From positions 21,960,621 to 22,024,620 of the forward strand of contig NC_069006.1 in assembly GCF_001194135.2 (NCBI RefSeq): 64,000 bases of DNA, written 5' to 3'. The notes under the pieces were generated by a model, which saw only the letters and a list, made by a program, of their open reading frames with translations, was not told the origin of the DNA and did not search any database. The first letter of the stretch is position 1; every line of letters starts with the position of its first letter. This document shows, one piece after another, positions 52,423 to 64,000 of this stretch. Made by a program: the position numbers and the translations under genes. The DNA comes from Octopus bimaculoides (lineage: Eukaryota).

Positions 52423-53439
52423 TGTCCGGTTTTTCATGCTTGTATGAGATTGCTGAGGTAGATTTGCTATGACCAGATGTCCTTTGTATTGCCAACCCTC
52501 ACCTATTTCTAAGCAAGGTAATATTTCACCAAGACCAGACATACTTTCATGGAAGACTGGGAATGAGGGACACTATTTGCATGATGGTGACATTCATTCA
52601 CAATGTATCAAATGAAGTCAAGGTAAGGAAACAGTAGCATGAATGCACGCATGCATACATACAATACATACATACATATATACATGATGAGCTTCTTTCT
52701 GTTTCTGTCTAACAAATCCACTCACAGAGCTTCGGGCAGCCTGGGGCTTTAATAGAAAATACTTCTCCAAGGTGCCATATACTGGGACTGAACTCAGAAC
52801 CATGTGGTTTGGAAGCAAACTTACAACCACACAGCTATGCCTGTGCTTACTGACAACTGCACTTACTCGATATTCCTTAGATAACAATTCCATAATGTGT
52901 ATCATACAACATTACCAATGAATCATAAAAGCCAAATTACATGTTAAAGCAAATAATACTTTTGGATTATAAAAATATACTCTAACATAACAGGAAGAGC
53001 ACAAGTAGGGGTTTACCATTTCTTAGAAATGCTATTGTATCATTAACAGAATAAATTGATTTTATTAACTGTTACGGCACTTCAAGAGAAGATAAAATCA
53101 TACATAAACAATAGATATAATAGTTTTGTGGTGAACATAGTGGCTTCTATTAACACTAATGAGTTCAAATAAACTACGCCATACCAATTGCTTTATTTTC
53201 TTAGGTAAGGTCACATTGCTTTGCTCTTTAGTAAAGTCAGCAAACAAATAGATAACACCTTCAATTAATGGTCGAGTGCTTATTGCTAAGGAGAGCATCC
53301 TTCTATAAATCTATATTTGTATTTACACATGTTTCCAGTCCAGATAATGTAATTACACATCTGTTGTGCAGTTGATATGGTAACAGATGTCGTCCAGACA
53401 AATCCTACAAATTAACACAAGTATATTAAATCAAAAGAG

Positions 53440-54210
53440 AGAATAATGTTGACGGTGGTGATGGTGGTGGAAATAGTGCTTAGTGCTCATAGGGGTGTTG
53501 GTGGGGTTACTATGGTGGCAGTGGAAGTGATTTTGATGGTGATGGTTGTGGTGGTATTGGTAACAGTGTTCATGGTGTTGATGGTAACCATTATAGCAAT
53601 GATAATATTACTAGTGATTGGGATGGTAGTTGTGCTTGTGGTAATTATGATAATGGTGATGGTGGTGCTGTTGGTAGTTCTGCTGATGGTGGTGATAGTG
53701 GTGTTGCTGGTAGCCACTGCGATGAGGATATTGACAGTAATGATGTCAGTGATAATGAGAAAGGTGATGATGTTTGTGGTGATGATGATGTTGGCGTTAG
53801 TGATGGAGATGGTAATGGTAGTTATAGTTGTAGTGATGTTGTTGGCAGCAGTGATGCTTTTGTTGCTTTTATTGTTGGTGGTGTTGGGGTTGCTGATGGA
53901 GGTAGTGTTGGTGGAAGTAATGTTGTTGTTGTTACTATTGGCAGTGATGGTCATGTTGGAGGCAATGATAGTAATGGTGTTGCTGTAGATGGTGTTGGTG
54001 GCAGTAATGCTGAGGACAGTGGTGGTGGTTTTAATGATAATGATGATGTTCTAGTGGGGATGTTTGTGACGATGGTGTTAGTGATGGTGATGATGATGAT
54101 GATAGTAGTGGTGATGTTGGATTTGGTAGTATTATTGATGTTGATGAATGATGGTAGTGTTGGTGATGTAATGGTGATATTGGCGATGGTGGTGGTGGTG
54201 GTGGTACTAT
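53440..54210. repeat. Long degenerate (GGT/GAT/GTT/AGT)n triplet tract
   Basis: 3-nt periodicity throughout. It generates the 180-aa and 155-aa low-complexity ORFs. Confidence 0.9.
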
Positions 54211-54427
54211 AATCAGGTCCAGATTAAGACCCATTGAGGCTCTATGCACTTAAAAGATTTTGGTGCCACCATTTATATGCAATTCAAAATATAAACAATA
54301 ATAAACCATGAAAAAATTTTTTGTTTTTCAAAATGAAGCAAAACTAACAGCAAGATGGAAAATAATGTTCGTTTTTGTATACTTTCATTTCACTTATATT
54401 TGAAAAGTTTTTCTTACATTTTTTAAT

Positions 54428-54460
<33 letters not shown>

Positions 54461-54733
54461 GCATGCTAGCATATAAGGGTAAACGAAGATGGAGAGAAAA
54501 GTATTCAAATACCATAGGTAAAGTTAAATACATAGTATTACATTGAAACTGAAAGACTTCAAAAACCATTAATACTTTAAGTTTTACATAACTGTTGTTC
54601 AGACAAAAGTGAACTTTTGAAGCAATACACTTTATATATATATATATATATATANNNNNNNNNNNNNNNNNNNNNNNNNNNNNNNNNNNNNNNNNNNNNN
54701 NNNNNNNNNNNNNNNNNNNNNNNNNNNATATAT

Positions 54734-54777
<44 letters not shown>

Positions 54778-54871
54778 TCTACAGTGGAAATATCACTGTG
54801 TTGCTTGTATATCCTGGATTTTCAAATGTGTGGGTACATTAAATTATATCATACTCTAATTACTGTGTGAC

Positions 54872-54911
<40 letters not shown>

Positions 54912-54991
54912 TGCACAACAGGCTTCTTTCAGTTTCCATCTACCAAATCCATTCACAGGGTGTTGGTTGACCTGAGGCTAAAGCAGAAGAC

Positions 54992-55324
54992 ACCCCCTTC
55001 AGTCATGAATGACCATGGGTTTGCACCTAGAAAGTGACCCTCCAAGGCACAAGTCTGGGCAAAGTTATTTGTGGAAGACCAGCAGTCACCCATGCATATC
55101 AGCCTCCCCTCTCTACACCACTGATATTATCCAAGTGAAACTTGAAGGCTGATACAGCTTGGCACCAATGACATCGCAGCTCATTTCTACAGCTGAGTGA
55201 ACTGGAATAATGCGAAATAAAGAGTCTTGCTCAAGAACACAACACACGGCCCAGTCTGGGAATTGAACTCATTACCTCATGATTGTGAACCCAACACTCT
55301 AACCACTGAGCCATGCAGCTTCAC
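54992..55324 (-). mobile_element. tRNA-head SINE with intact A and B boxes, adjoining a SINE A fragment
   Basis: Minus strand TGGCTCAGTGG (55303-55313) and GTTCAATTCC (55259-55268), then gtgttcttgagcaagactc. Confidence 0.85.
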
Positions 55325-56099
55325 AAACCATTAATATAAATATCTAACTTTATTTTAACAACAACAACAACAACAATAATACTTACTCTTTCATTGAGTC
55401 GCCTTCTTTTCTGCCGAGATGGAACCGGGTCATCTGATGGATTATTGTCAATAGCCCAATATGATCCCTACAGAAGAATTGAAGAATTTTAGATTTTCAT
55501 ATTTTAATCCACACAGAAATCATGTTTTATTTATTTACATTGAAACAGAACAATAAGTCGAAGCTGATGAGAGAAGCCTGTATGTGGTTTCTCGACCTGC
55601 TCGAAATAGAGGAAAATTTCTATACATCACTCATTGTTATTAAAATGGACAAAGAAAAACAAATCCACAATGGACAACATGGACATAGATGTAAATAAAG
55701 ATGTATTGGAACATAGGTCAGTTGTGTCAAGTGTGACATAGGGCCAAACAACAAAAATAATTAACAGAATAAAGTACTTCTTGATCTTGCTGAAAGGCAG
55801 GCAATATGTCAGCTTATGTAGCAGAATACAAAATCAATAGACAACAAAAGTATGAGCAATTTTGTGCTCATTGTGGATATATAACATGGAAAAATGAATG
55901 GCAGTATTTGTTCTAGCTCTTTACATTTTGAGTTAAGATACAACAGTGGTCAACTCTGCTTTTCATACCACCGTGGTCAATAAAATACGATGCAAGACAA
56001 ATTCTGCTGGTCAATGTATTCAGCTATTCTGTCCCCTAAAATTGCTTGTGCCAAAATTTGAAACCATTAATCATCATCATCACCACCACCACCACCACC

Positions 56100-56130
<31 letters not shown>

Positions 56131-56350
56131 AGACAGCAAGCTAGCAGAATCGTTACTGCACCAGATAAAATGCTTAGTGGCATTTCATTTGTACTTATGT
56201 TCTGAGTTTAAATTCTGCCAAGGTTCACTTTGCCTTTCATCTAATTAGAGTCAATAAAATAAGTACCAGTTGACCACTGGGGGTCAGTGTCATTGACTAG
56301 CTCCCTCCCCCAAAATATCAGGCTCTGTGCCTATAGTAGAAAGGATTATT
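56131..56350 (+). mobile_element. SINE family B with (TTA)n tail; partial upstream copy at 55880-56066
   Basis: gctagcagaatcgtta...ttctgagtttaaattctgcc...ctttgcctttcatc...agtaccagttg...gtagaaaggattattatt. Confidence 0.9.
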
Positions 56351-59300
56351 ATTATCATTATAAATAATATTATCACTATTATATCGATGAAAACTAGCTC
56401 ATTGGATTCCCTGTACCATATTCCAAGTATTAAAATGTGTGTACTCTTTAAATTGATTTAAAACTATTGTCGTTCCAAGGATTTTTTCCTCTTAGCAAAA
56501 CTTTATAAATTACATGAGATTTTGAAATCCCCTTGAATGTATACTTAATTATAAATGAACCCCTGTATATTATACATCAAATTACAGATAATTGAATGTA
56601 TTTTTGGAAAACAAACATAACATAAATAGTGCATTTGTTAGTCATATTGCCTATCTTTTGGCAAGTGAATTACAAGCTGAAAAATTTCTTTAGAGCAATT
56701 TGCACATTGCATATTATTACCTAATTGCAAAATATATCCTCCCTCGGTGCTTTTTATTATAAAATTATCCAATTTGCAACTCTACACAGTTTTGCATAAT
56801 CAAAAATGTTTTAAGAAAATCCAATGAAGAAATAAGAGGATAGTCACAGCACACAAGTTCCAAGGTGGCTGTGTACTTCAACATGACAACTTCCAAAATT
56901 TTACATTACACACATCATCACAAACAGAAAAGGAGTTAGGAAAATCTCTTTTCTCTAGTAATGAGCATGAGTTTAGATAAGTTTGAGACGTTTTGGCACA
57001 GTCATTTTGGTGCCGCCTATCTGGCCCTACATATTTGCTGATGACTTATTTGACATAAGACATTTTAATATTTCTCTCATTCACTCCATCCTTTTCTCCT
57101 CTCTCTCTCTCTCTCTTTCTGTTTATGCATGTGAGCATGTGGCTATGTTTGTATGTATGTGTAATGTCTCTTTCTTCCTCTCTGTTTTAGTATACATATA
57201 GTTCTGTTCATATGCATGTGTGCATTTGCCTCAAGGGCCAAAATGTACCATCACCAAAACTGGTTGATTGTCCACTGAGCCATGCCAAACCATAAGCATC
57301 CAAACAGCTGCACCCAATGTGCCACATGAGATATGGATCATCATTAGGTAGACTGCACTACTAAAAACATTCAAGACAATCTTTTGTTAGGCATGCTATT
57401 TAAAAAGTACCATGGGCAACAGTTTGCCCTATTTGCTAGAAACAACAGCCAAACAATCCTCAAATCATAACTGACAATTAAAAAAAGAAAACAGAAAATC
57501 TCATTGAAAGAGTAGTCTCAGCTAGGTATTTTGAGAGAATCAAAACTAAAACACGATGAGTATGTTTGGAAAGCTTTTGTTAATAGGTTTGCTTGAGAAG
57601 GAATGATTTTGGGTTATTAGATTTAGTTGCTATTTCTAACAGTTCAAGTGAACATAGAGATTTGCATCATTAGCTCAACTAATGTGCATGTTTTGAATAC
57701 ATATATGTACAATGCATCTGTGCATACTGCATGTATGCACATGCACACACACACACCATAATGGAACTCCATTACTTTCAATGATGAGGATTCAGTCATT
57801 TGATCAAGTGAAATCCCTGCTCGTTCAATTAGCATGAAAGAAAAAGAAAATAAGTACATATTCCATGAATCTCTTCCAAACTGTAATTATTTTCTATCTA
57901 TAACAAGCATCTCATTTTGAAAAATAATTTAGTTTAATTTATTTACCTCAGATTATGTCATGCTGACAATTTCTGATAAGAATAAAATGGTGCTACACAT
58001 CAATACCTAAGACCAGAAATTTTTAAATCTTTGTAATAAGCAAGCAAGGGGGAAAAACCATGTACTCGACATGTCTTCTTCCTTGTTCTTTGACTTAAAA
58101 TTCAGTTATCTAATCCTGCCAAGTATTATCAAAAAATGATTATCTCTCTTACACTAACTGGTCTCCAGGATACCCCATGTTTGATTCTACAGATACATGC
58201 ACTCTTAATGTAATTCTCAGGCAGAATCAGAATGACACTGTGTGAAATAGCTGCACCTCGGAATTATGGGTATAATCCATCCAACAGACTTTTGCATCGT
58301 ATCTGTCTACACTATTTCATCCACAAGGCTTAGATTGAACCAAAGCAATGGCAGAAGACATATATGATGATGATGTTCATGTATGCTGATATTAATTGAT
58401 TGAATGAATAGGAAAAATGTATGCAGAAAAAACTTGCAATTATTCTAATCTATATCATTTCATCTTTATGATATAACATAACAAAGCTTAAAGAAATGTC
58501 ATATGTTGTTCGACATTTAGTCATGGTTCAACAACAAATTCTCACAAGATATCTCAGCTGTTTATCAGATAATGGCCAAAAGGTGTTGACACCAATATTT
58601 TTTTCATCCAACAAAAATGCTGATTTAGCATGACTCATGATTTTGCTGAGTAGTCAATAGGGCTAGGATTATGAATAATTGTGCTGTTCTTTGAGCCTGA
58701 CCATAAGAATTCTAAAAACCTACACTTCTTTGTAAGGGACAAATATATTGTTTCTTTTGGTTCTGACCAACTGACATCTTAAAGCACTCTTTGGTTCAGA
58801 CTATTTTACTGGTTGTAGTTAAAACTTCATCTCATTCCACTAAACATACACTTCAAAGACATTCCAGCTAAGGCAGGCACATGTTTTTACGACACAGTCT
58901 ACCTTGGATTACATTATATAATGTATCCTTTCCCTTATATATATGTGTGTGTGTGTGTGTGTTTGTGTGTGTGAGTGTGTGTATGTATACAGAGAGAGAT
59001 AGAGAGATGATAAAGGAATAGATAAAGAGATAGATAGATAGATAGATAGATAGACAATAGAGGGAAGGAGCATGGAAAAATAGAAGATTGAGAGAGAAAT
59101 ATAACAGTACAAAGTAAATAGTTAAAAATGATTGGATGCTTTCATTACCTGGAAAATAGTGATCTTTTGTAAGTGTCTGTGTGGTTGTGTGTGGGTTACA
59201 TTTTGTGTGAGTGTGCCTGTAGGTGTATGTGTGGGCATGCATGTGTACTTTTCCTTTCTTATTTCTTTCACCCTTATTTTGAAGACAAGAAAGTGTGTCA

Positions 59301-59519
59301 ACCATTCTCTCTGTGGCTAATTTGAAATTGTAACAAATAGCTAAAAAAAATAAATAACTAAATATATAGATAATATAAAAGAGATAAACCATATCAGAAA
59401 TTAATCTTTATAAATCATATAACAAACTCCTTTTTCTTTGAAGAAAATAGGTTTCCCTCTATAAAAGGACAGCAATTTCGATACCATGATAGTAGGAATG
59501 GATTTCATAGTTACAGACA

Positions 59520-59583
<64 letters not shown>

Positions 59584-60779
59584 TACATACACACAAACAT
59601 ACTTTTTTACCTTTTGTATACAAACCTCTATATACTCCTTAAAATGCACAATATGTATTACAAATATACACAGTAATGCACGAATACATAAAACTATGTA
59701 CAAATTACTGTACACTAGGTTTTGCAAATATGTACATTTATGCATGCCTATATAAAGCTTAATACAGACAATATGTTTACAATAGATATCTTACAATACT
59801 GTAATTGGCAGAAAACCATCTAAACTATACTTTGGATAGCATGAATTAATAATTCCATGTCTTTTTCTTTTTCTTTTTGCAAGTAGCAAGATTGCCAGCA
59901 AAACATTGTGGCTTCTCTTCACAAAAGAGCAAGCATTTGTGTGTGTGTGTATGTGTGCGTGTCTGAATGCACGTGTGTGTGCTTGCATGTGTTTGTGTGC
60001 ATTTATATATGTTTGTGTGTGAGTGTATGTGTGTCTCTATCAAAATACATGCCACTATTTTAGGAAGGGATCAAAACATCAGCAAGCTTTCTAACCCCAG
60101 ATTGGTTTGACTCTGGCAGATGTGGTACTTCTTTTATTCAAGGCAATGACTGACTGAATATGCATTTTCTTTATTAGGCATTCAATAAAATCGCCATTGG
60201 CTTCAACCACAGCCTCCAGACAACTTCAGACTCTTCTGTGGAAAATCTGTCTCAACAAAATCTCTCTGACCTGCGCAAGCATGGAAAAATAATGATGATG
60301 ATTAAGATGATGATGATGATGATAATGATTAAGATGATGATGATGATGAAAGTAACGATGATGGTGATGATGATAATTAAGGTGACGGTGACGATGGATG
60401 ATGTTTATTAGAATGATGGGGATGATGATGATGATGATTAATGTGATGATGATGATGGATAATGATATTTCATATTAGTATTGTATGGATTTCTGGCTCT
60501 ATCATACATGACTCAACTTTGTGTAACTCAATTGCATAAACAAGTAGTTTACTGCTTGACTTTTTTGCTATGCTGCTTGTTAACATGTAGCTGTTTATTT
60601 ATCTAGAAGTGGGTGGATGCTATTAATTGTAGGTCTTGTGCTAGCAAGATTTCTCTGTGGTGCCATTATTAAATGTTCATAGATACAGACCAGTTTGTAG
60701 GAATTGGGTTTAGAACAGTCATAAGGTAAGGAGAGAAGAGGAGATGGAGGAAGAAAGGGAGAACAGGCATGTAGACCTA

Positions 60780-61380
60780 CAGACAAGCAGAGGAGTAGAA
60801 AAGCAATCATCATCACCACCTCTGCCATTATTATCATCATCAGTAGCAGCCTCACCAACATCACCATTATTGTCATTACCACCACTATCTCCACTACCAC
60901 CACCACCATTGTCATGAGCATCCCCCCACCACCCACTATCATCATTGTCATCACCAACACCACTACCACCTCTACCATTGACATCACCATTACCACCCCA
61001 TCATCATTGTTGTCACCATTTACCTCCATCTACCACTATTACCACTGCTGCCACCACCACCATCACTATCATCATCACAACTTCCACCAACATCATTGTC
61101 ATCATCATCACCAGCACCATCGCCACCATTGTTGTCATCATCATTATTATTATTATTCATAGTCTCATCAATGCATCAAGTATTAACCATCCTTACATCC
61201 CAAACAATTAGGTACATATTAGGGAAAACCTACATGAAATGGTTGATGCTTAACAAATACTTGTGTAGAAAGACCTTAACAATATCTACAGGTCCTACTA
61301 CTACTACTACTACTACCACTATTGCTACTATTACTACTACTACTACTACTACTACTACTACAACAACTGCTGCTGCAGCT
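60780..61380. repeat. Degenerate (CAT/CAC/TAC)n triplet tracts
   Basis: Seen directly. They explain the H/T/I/V-rich ORFs at 60595-61449. Confidence 0.9.
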
Positions 61381-61390
61381 GCTTTCTGGA

Positions 61391-61871
61391 ATGTGCCTCA
61401 CAGATGTATGTGCAGCTGTGAGAGGAAATCGTCGAATCATCATCCGTGAGTTATCAGAGGATGGGCAGATTGGTTATGGTTCAGTTCAGTCCATTATCAC
61501 TGAAGATTTGGGTATGAGACACGTGTCTGTCAAGTTTGTGCTAAAACTGCTTTCAGCTGACCTTGATTGTGTCAAGAATGAAAACTTTTTGAAAACTTTG
61601 TGCAGGCCTCTGAGCAGGTATCACCAAGCTTTTGGCAAAATTTGATGTAGAGTCACTGCTCAACTTTCTCTGTCATGGCCAATGCAACAATCAAATACTA
61701 CACACGTTCCTTCCAAGAAATGCAGTAAACAGCAGAAGTGAGTTAGAACAATAAAACTTAGTGCGCATGCACAGCAGAGCTCAAGGTCAATCTGTGCCAA
61801 GTGGCTTCACTCTGCATGTGCGTGCTTTAGCTTCATTACTTTGGCAACAGTCCGGATGCTTATTGATAGAC
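61391..61871 (+). pseudogene. Mariner transposase relic (second HTH/linker) with a surviving 3' TIR
   Basis: VRGNRRIIIRELSEDGQIGYGSVQSIITEDLGMRHVSVKFVLKLLSAD matches mariner 'V..DRR.TIRE......S.GSV..I....LG.RKV.A.WVP..L'. It is followed by LDCVKNENFLKT and a TIR-like cagtccggatgcttattgatagac. Confidence 0.85.
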
Positions 61872-62702
61872 AGACAGACAGACAGATAGATAGATAATGT
61901 GATCAAGCAGGCTATCAGATGTTGTCACACATCACTGGTCACAATGCACTTTGCTTCGTTTTAACCTTCAAATGATGTCACCCCACTGGCTAAACAAGTA
62001 GGCCAACATTCTCCACTAATCAAAAGGGGGACTGAAGCAATGTGAAATGAAGTGTTTTGTTGAAGAACACAACGTGCTGCCTTGTATGGGGATCAAACCA
62101 TAATGTAGTAATCATCAAACAAATTCACTCACAAGGCATTGGTTAGCCTAGGGCCATAGAAGGCACTTGTCCAAGGTGTTGCACAGTGGGACTGAACGTG
62201 AAACCATACAGTTTCTAAAGAGTAACTTACTTAACAAAAGTGAAGACAAATTATATAAAATAACCAGAGCGAAAATACCATTATTAAAGGTTAAAAAAAA
62301 GCAAAAATAAAACAAAGATTTGTTCAATACAAAATCGAATTTCATCAACATAGATTAACAGTATCATTAGTTAGTTAGCACTAAGTGAAAAAAAAAAAGA
62401 AAAGAAAAATGCATAAAAGGAAGCAAAAAAAAATAACAAGCCCTCACCATTCACATCATTACAACAATCTTAAGCTTATTTTGGTTTGTTTTATATAAAA
62501 AGATGTCTTATGTATGGATATTTTACAAAGGAAACTAAATGCAAATTCTAATGTCTTTATTTCTGACTATAACTAGCAATTACCTTCTAAATACACATAC
62601 AATTTGCATTATCAAAACTTATTTTATATGCAGTGAAGTTTCAAAATTGACAATGCTAGCAAATTATAAAGTAAAATGACCTCTAACCTTTGAGAGAGAG
62701 GG

Positions 62703-62742
<40 letters not shown>

Positions 62743-62752
62743 NNNNNNNNNN

Positions 62753-62799
<47 letters not shown>

Positions 62800-63194
62800 C
62801 TTAAGTAAGTATCCAAAGTAAATTATAGGTTCTGCATATTTTTTGGGCCTTATAGTTGATTTTGCTTTTAATTATAATAGCTGGGATAGTTCATTTATGA
62901 AATTAGACTTGAATTAAAATAAGAAGCCATTAAGTAGTTTAAAGTACAAGAAATACATCTAAGTGTTCAATATTCATTTAAAATAATGAAAAGTACATGG
63001 CTGTATGGCTAAGAAGATCACTTTATAATCCCATACTATCAGGTTCAATCTCACTATATGGCACCTTGGGTAAATGTGAACTTATCACAGAGGAACAGTA
63101 GAATCATCATAGTTTTAAAGTCCACGTTTCCATGCTTGCATGGGTCGAATGATATCAATTGAGTCAAATTTTCTGTGGCTGGATGGCTTTCCTG

Positions 63195-63345
63195 TCAACC
63201 TTTTAACGTTCAGATTATTCTGCCAAATGTAATGCTTATTTACTCACATCATTTTGAATTAATCATGTATTATCTATTATCTTGTAGCTTCAAGATTTCA
63301 GTTGATGTTATTGTTTATTTTCAGAATGGCATTGTAGAGTAGGTA
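63195..63345. mobile_element. MITE P2 left portion
   Basis: Collinear with 44415-44555. Its right part (tatgactggtt) reappears at 63946-63956. Confidence 0.75.
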
Positions 63346-63944
63346 GGCAGATGTTAGGTGTAATGTGGTTGCAGAAATTGTCTGACAGCCATGACTGGGT
63401 GCTCCTGCTTGTGTGGAATGATGCAGAATCCTATTGCCAGACATAGGATCTTCCAGCAGCTACCCTCTGCACCCAGGGCAGCACTACCTCCTCCAGGTAC
63501 TTGATGTAGGCCTCCATGTTGAGGGCATGTGGGAAGATGAATGGCCGCATAATGTCACCATCACTAGTGATTACTCCAAACACCATGATGTTGACTGAAT
63601 TTTTGATTTTTATCACTCTTGGTACATGTCCTCAGATTCACAGCCAAACTCTCTGAAATGTTCGTATTGGAGCTTCCAGTGTGAATGCCAAGCAGTACAG
63701 CATGTCATTTCCGAATTTCTGGCAGAGCAAATTGTGTCACTGTGCNNNNNNNNNNNNNNNNNNNNNNNNNNNNNNNNNNNNNNNNNNNNNNNNNNNNNNN
63801 NNNNNNNNNNNNNNNNNNNNNNNNNNNNNNNNNNNNNNNNNNNNNNNNNNNNNNNNNNNNNNNNNNNNNNNNNNNNNNNNNNNNNNNNNNNNNNNNNNNN
63901 NNNNNNNNNNNNNNNNNNNNNNNNNNNNGAAACCAAAGGTCGCT
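63345..63944 (-). pseudogene. Internally deleted maT (DD37D-like) Tc1/mariner transposase relic
   Basis: N-terminal TQFALPEIRK*HAVLLGIHTGSSNTNISESLAVNLRT is joined to VPRVIKIKNSVNIMVFGVITSDGDIMRPFIFPH..EAYIKYLEEVVLPWVQRVAAGRSYVWQ*DSASFHTSRSTQSWLSDNF. The third Asp is absent, so the family call is inferred. Confidence 0.85.
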
Positions 63945-64000
63945 ATATGACTGGTTATAACACTTAGCTTCCTAAAACAAAATATTAATGCTCTAATGCT

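Noticed and set aside
53446-53988. 180-aa hydrophobic M/V/L ORF as a membrane protein
   Set aside because: It is a by-product of (GGT/GAT)n periodicity. The antisense and third frames are open for the same reason.
60678-60730. Possible 43-nt exon (catag|ATACAG...ATAAG|gtaagg)
   Set aside because: Weak pyrimidine tract, not frame-preserving, and the peptide is unrecognised.

Overview
This is eukaryotic, AT-rich, repeat-saturated DNA from a gapped draft assembly. It has eight N-runs: most are flanked by (TA)n/(CA)n/(GA)n, and those at 14892 and 63746 open inside repeats. The SINE families, microsatellite density and LINE/DNA-transposon relics resemble a coleoid cephalopod (Octopus-like) genome; that is recognition from memory, not a database result. 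I find no convincing host protein-coding gene, tRNA, rRNA or CRISPR array. Nearly all listed ORFs are microsatellite or gap artefacts. The only recognisable protein sequence is decayed transposable-element coding DNA: two R4/Dong-like LINE relics, RTE LINE relics, a Helitron Rep/Pif1 relic, and four IS630-Tc1-mariner relics (DD34E, DD34D, a mariner with a TIR, and a maT-like copy). There are also dozens of tRNA-derived SINEs and several TA- or TTAA-flanked MITEs. The window reads as intergenic DNA or part of a very long intron. The best leads are structural: an ungapped 145-bp inverted SINE pair sharing private variants (29883-30409), a pre-miRNA-sized hairpin (2267-2323), a palindromic TTAA MITE (52285-52422), a Penelope-type hammerhead-like motif (44196-44258), a LINE>SINE>MITE nest (5150-6690) and a candidate recursive splice site (53191-53210). 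None is demonstrated to be a new system. SINE family labels A-D are my own working names, and repeat boundaries are approximate.
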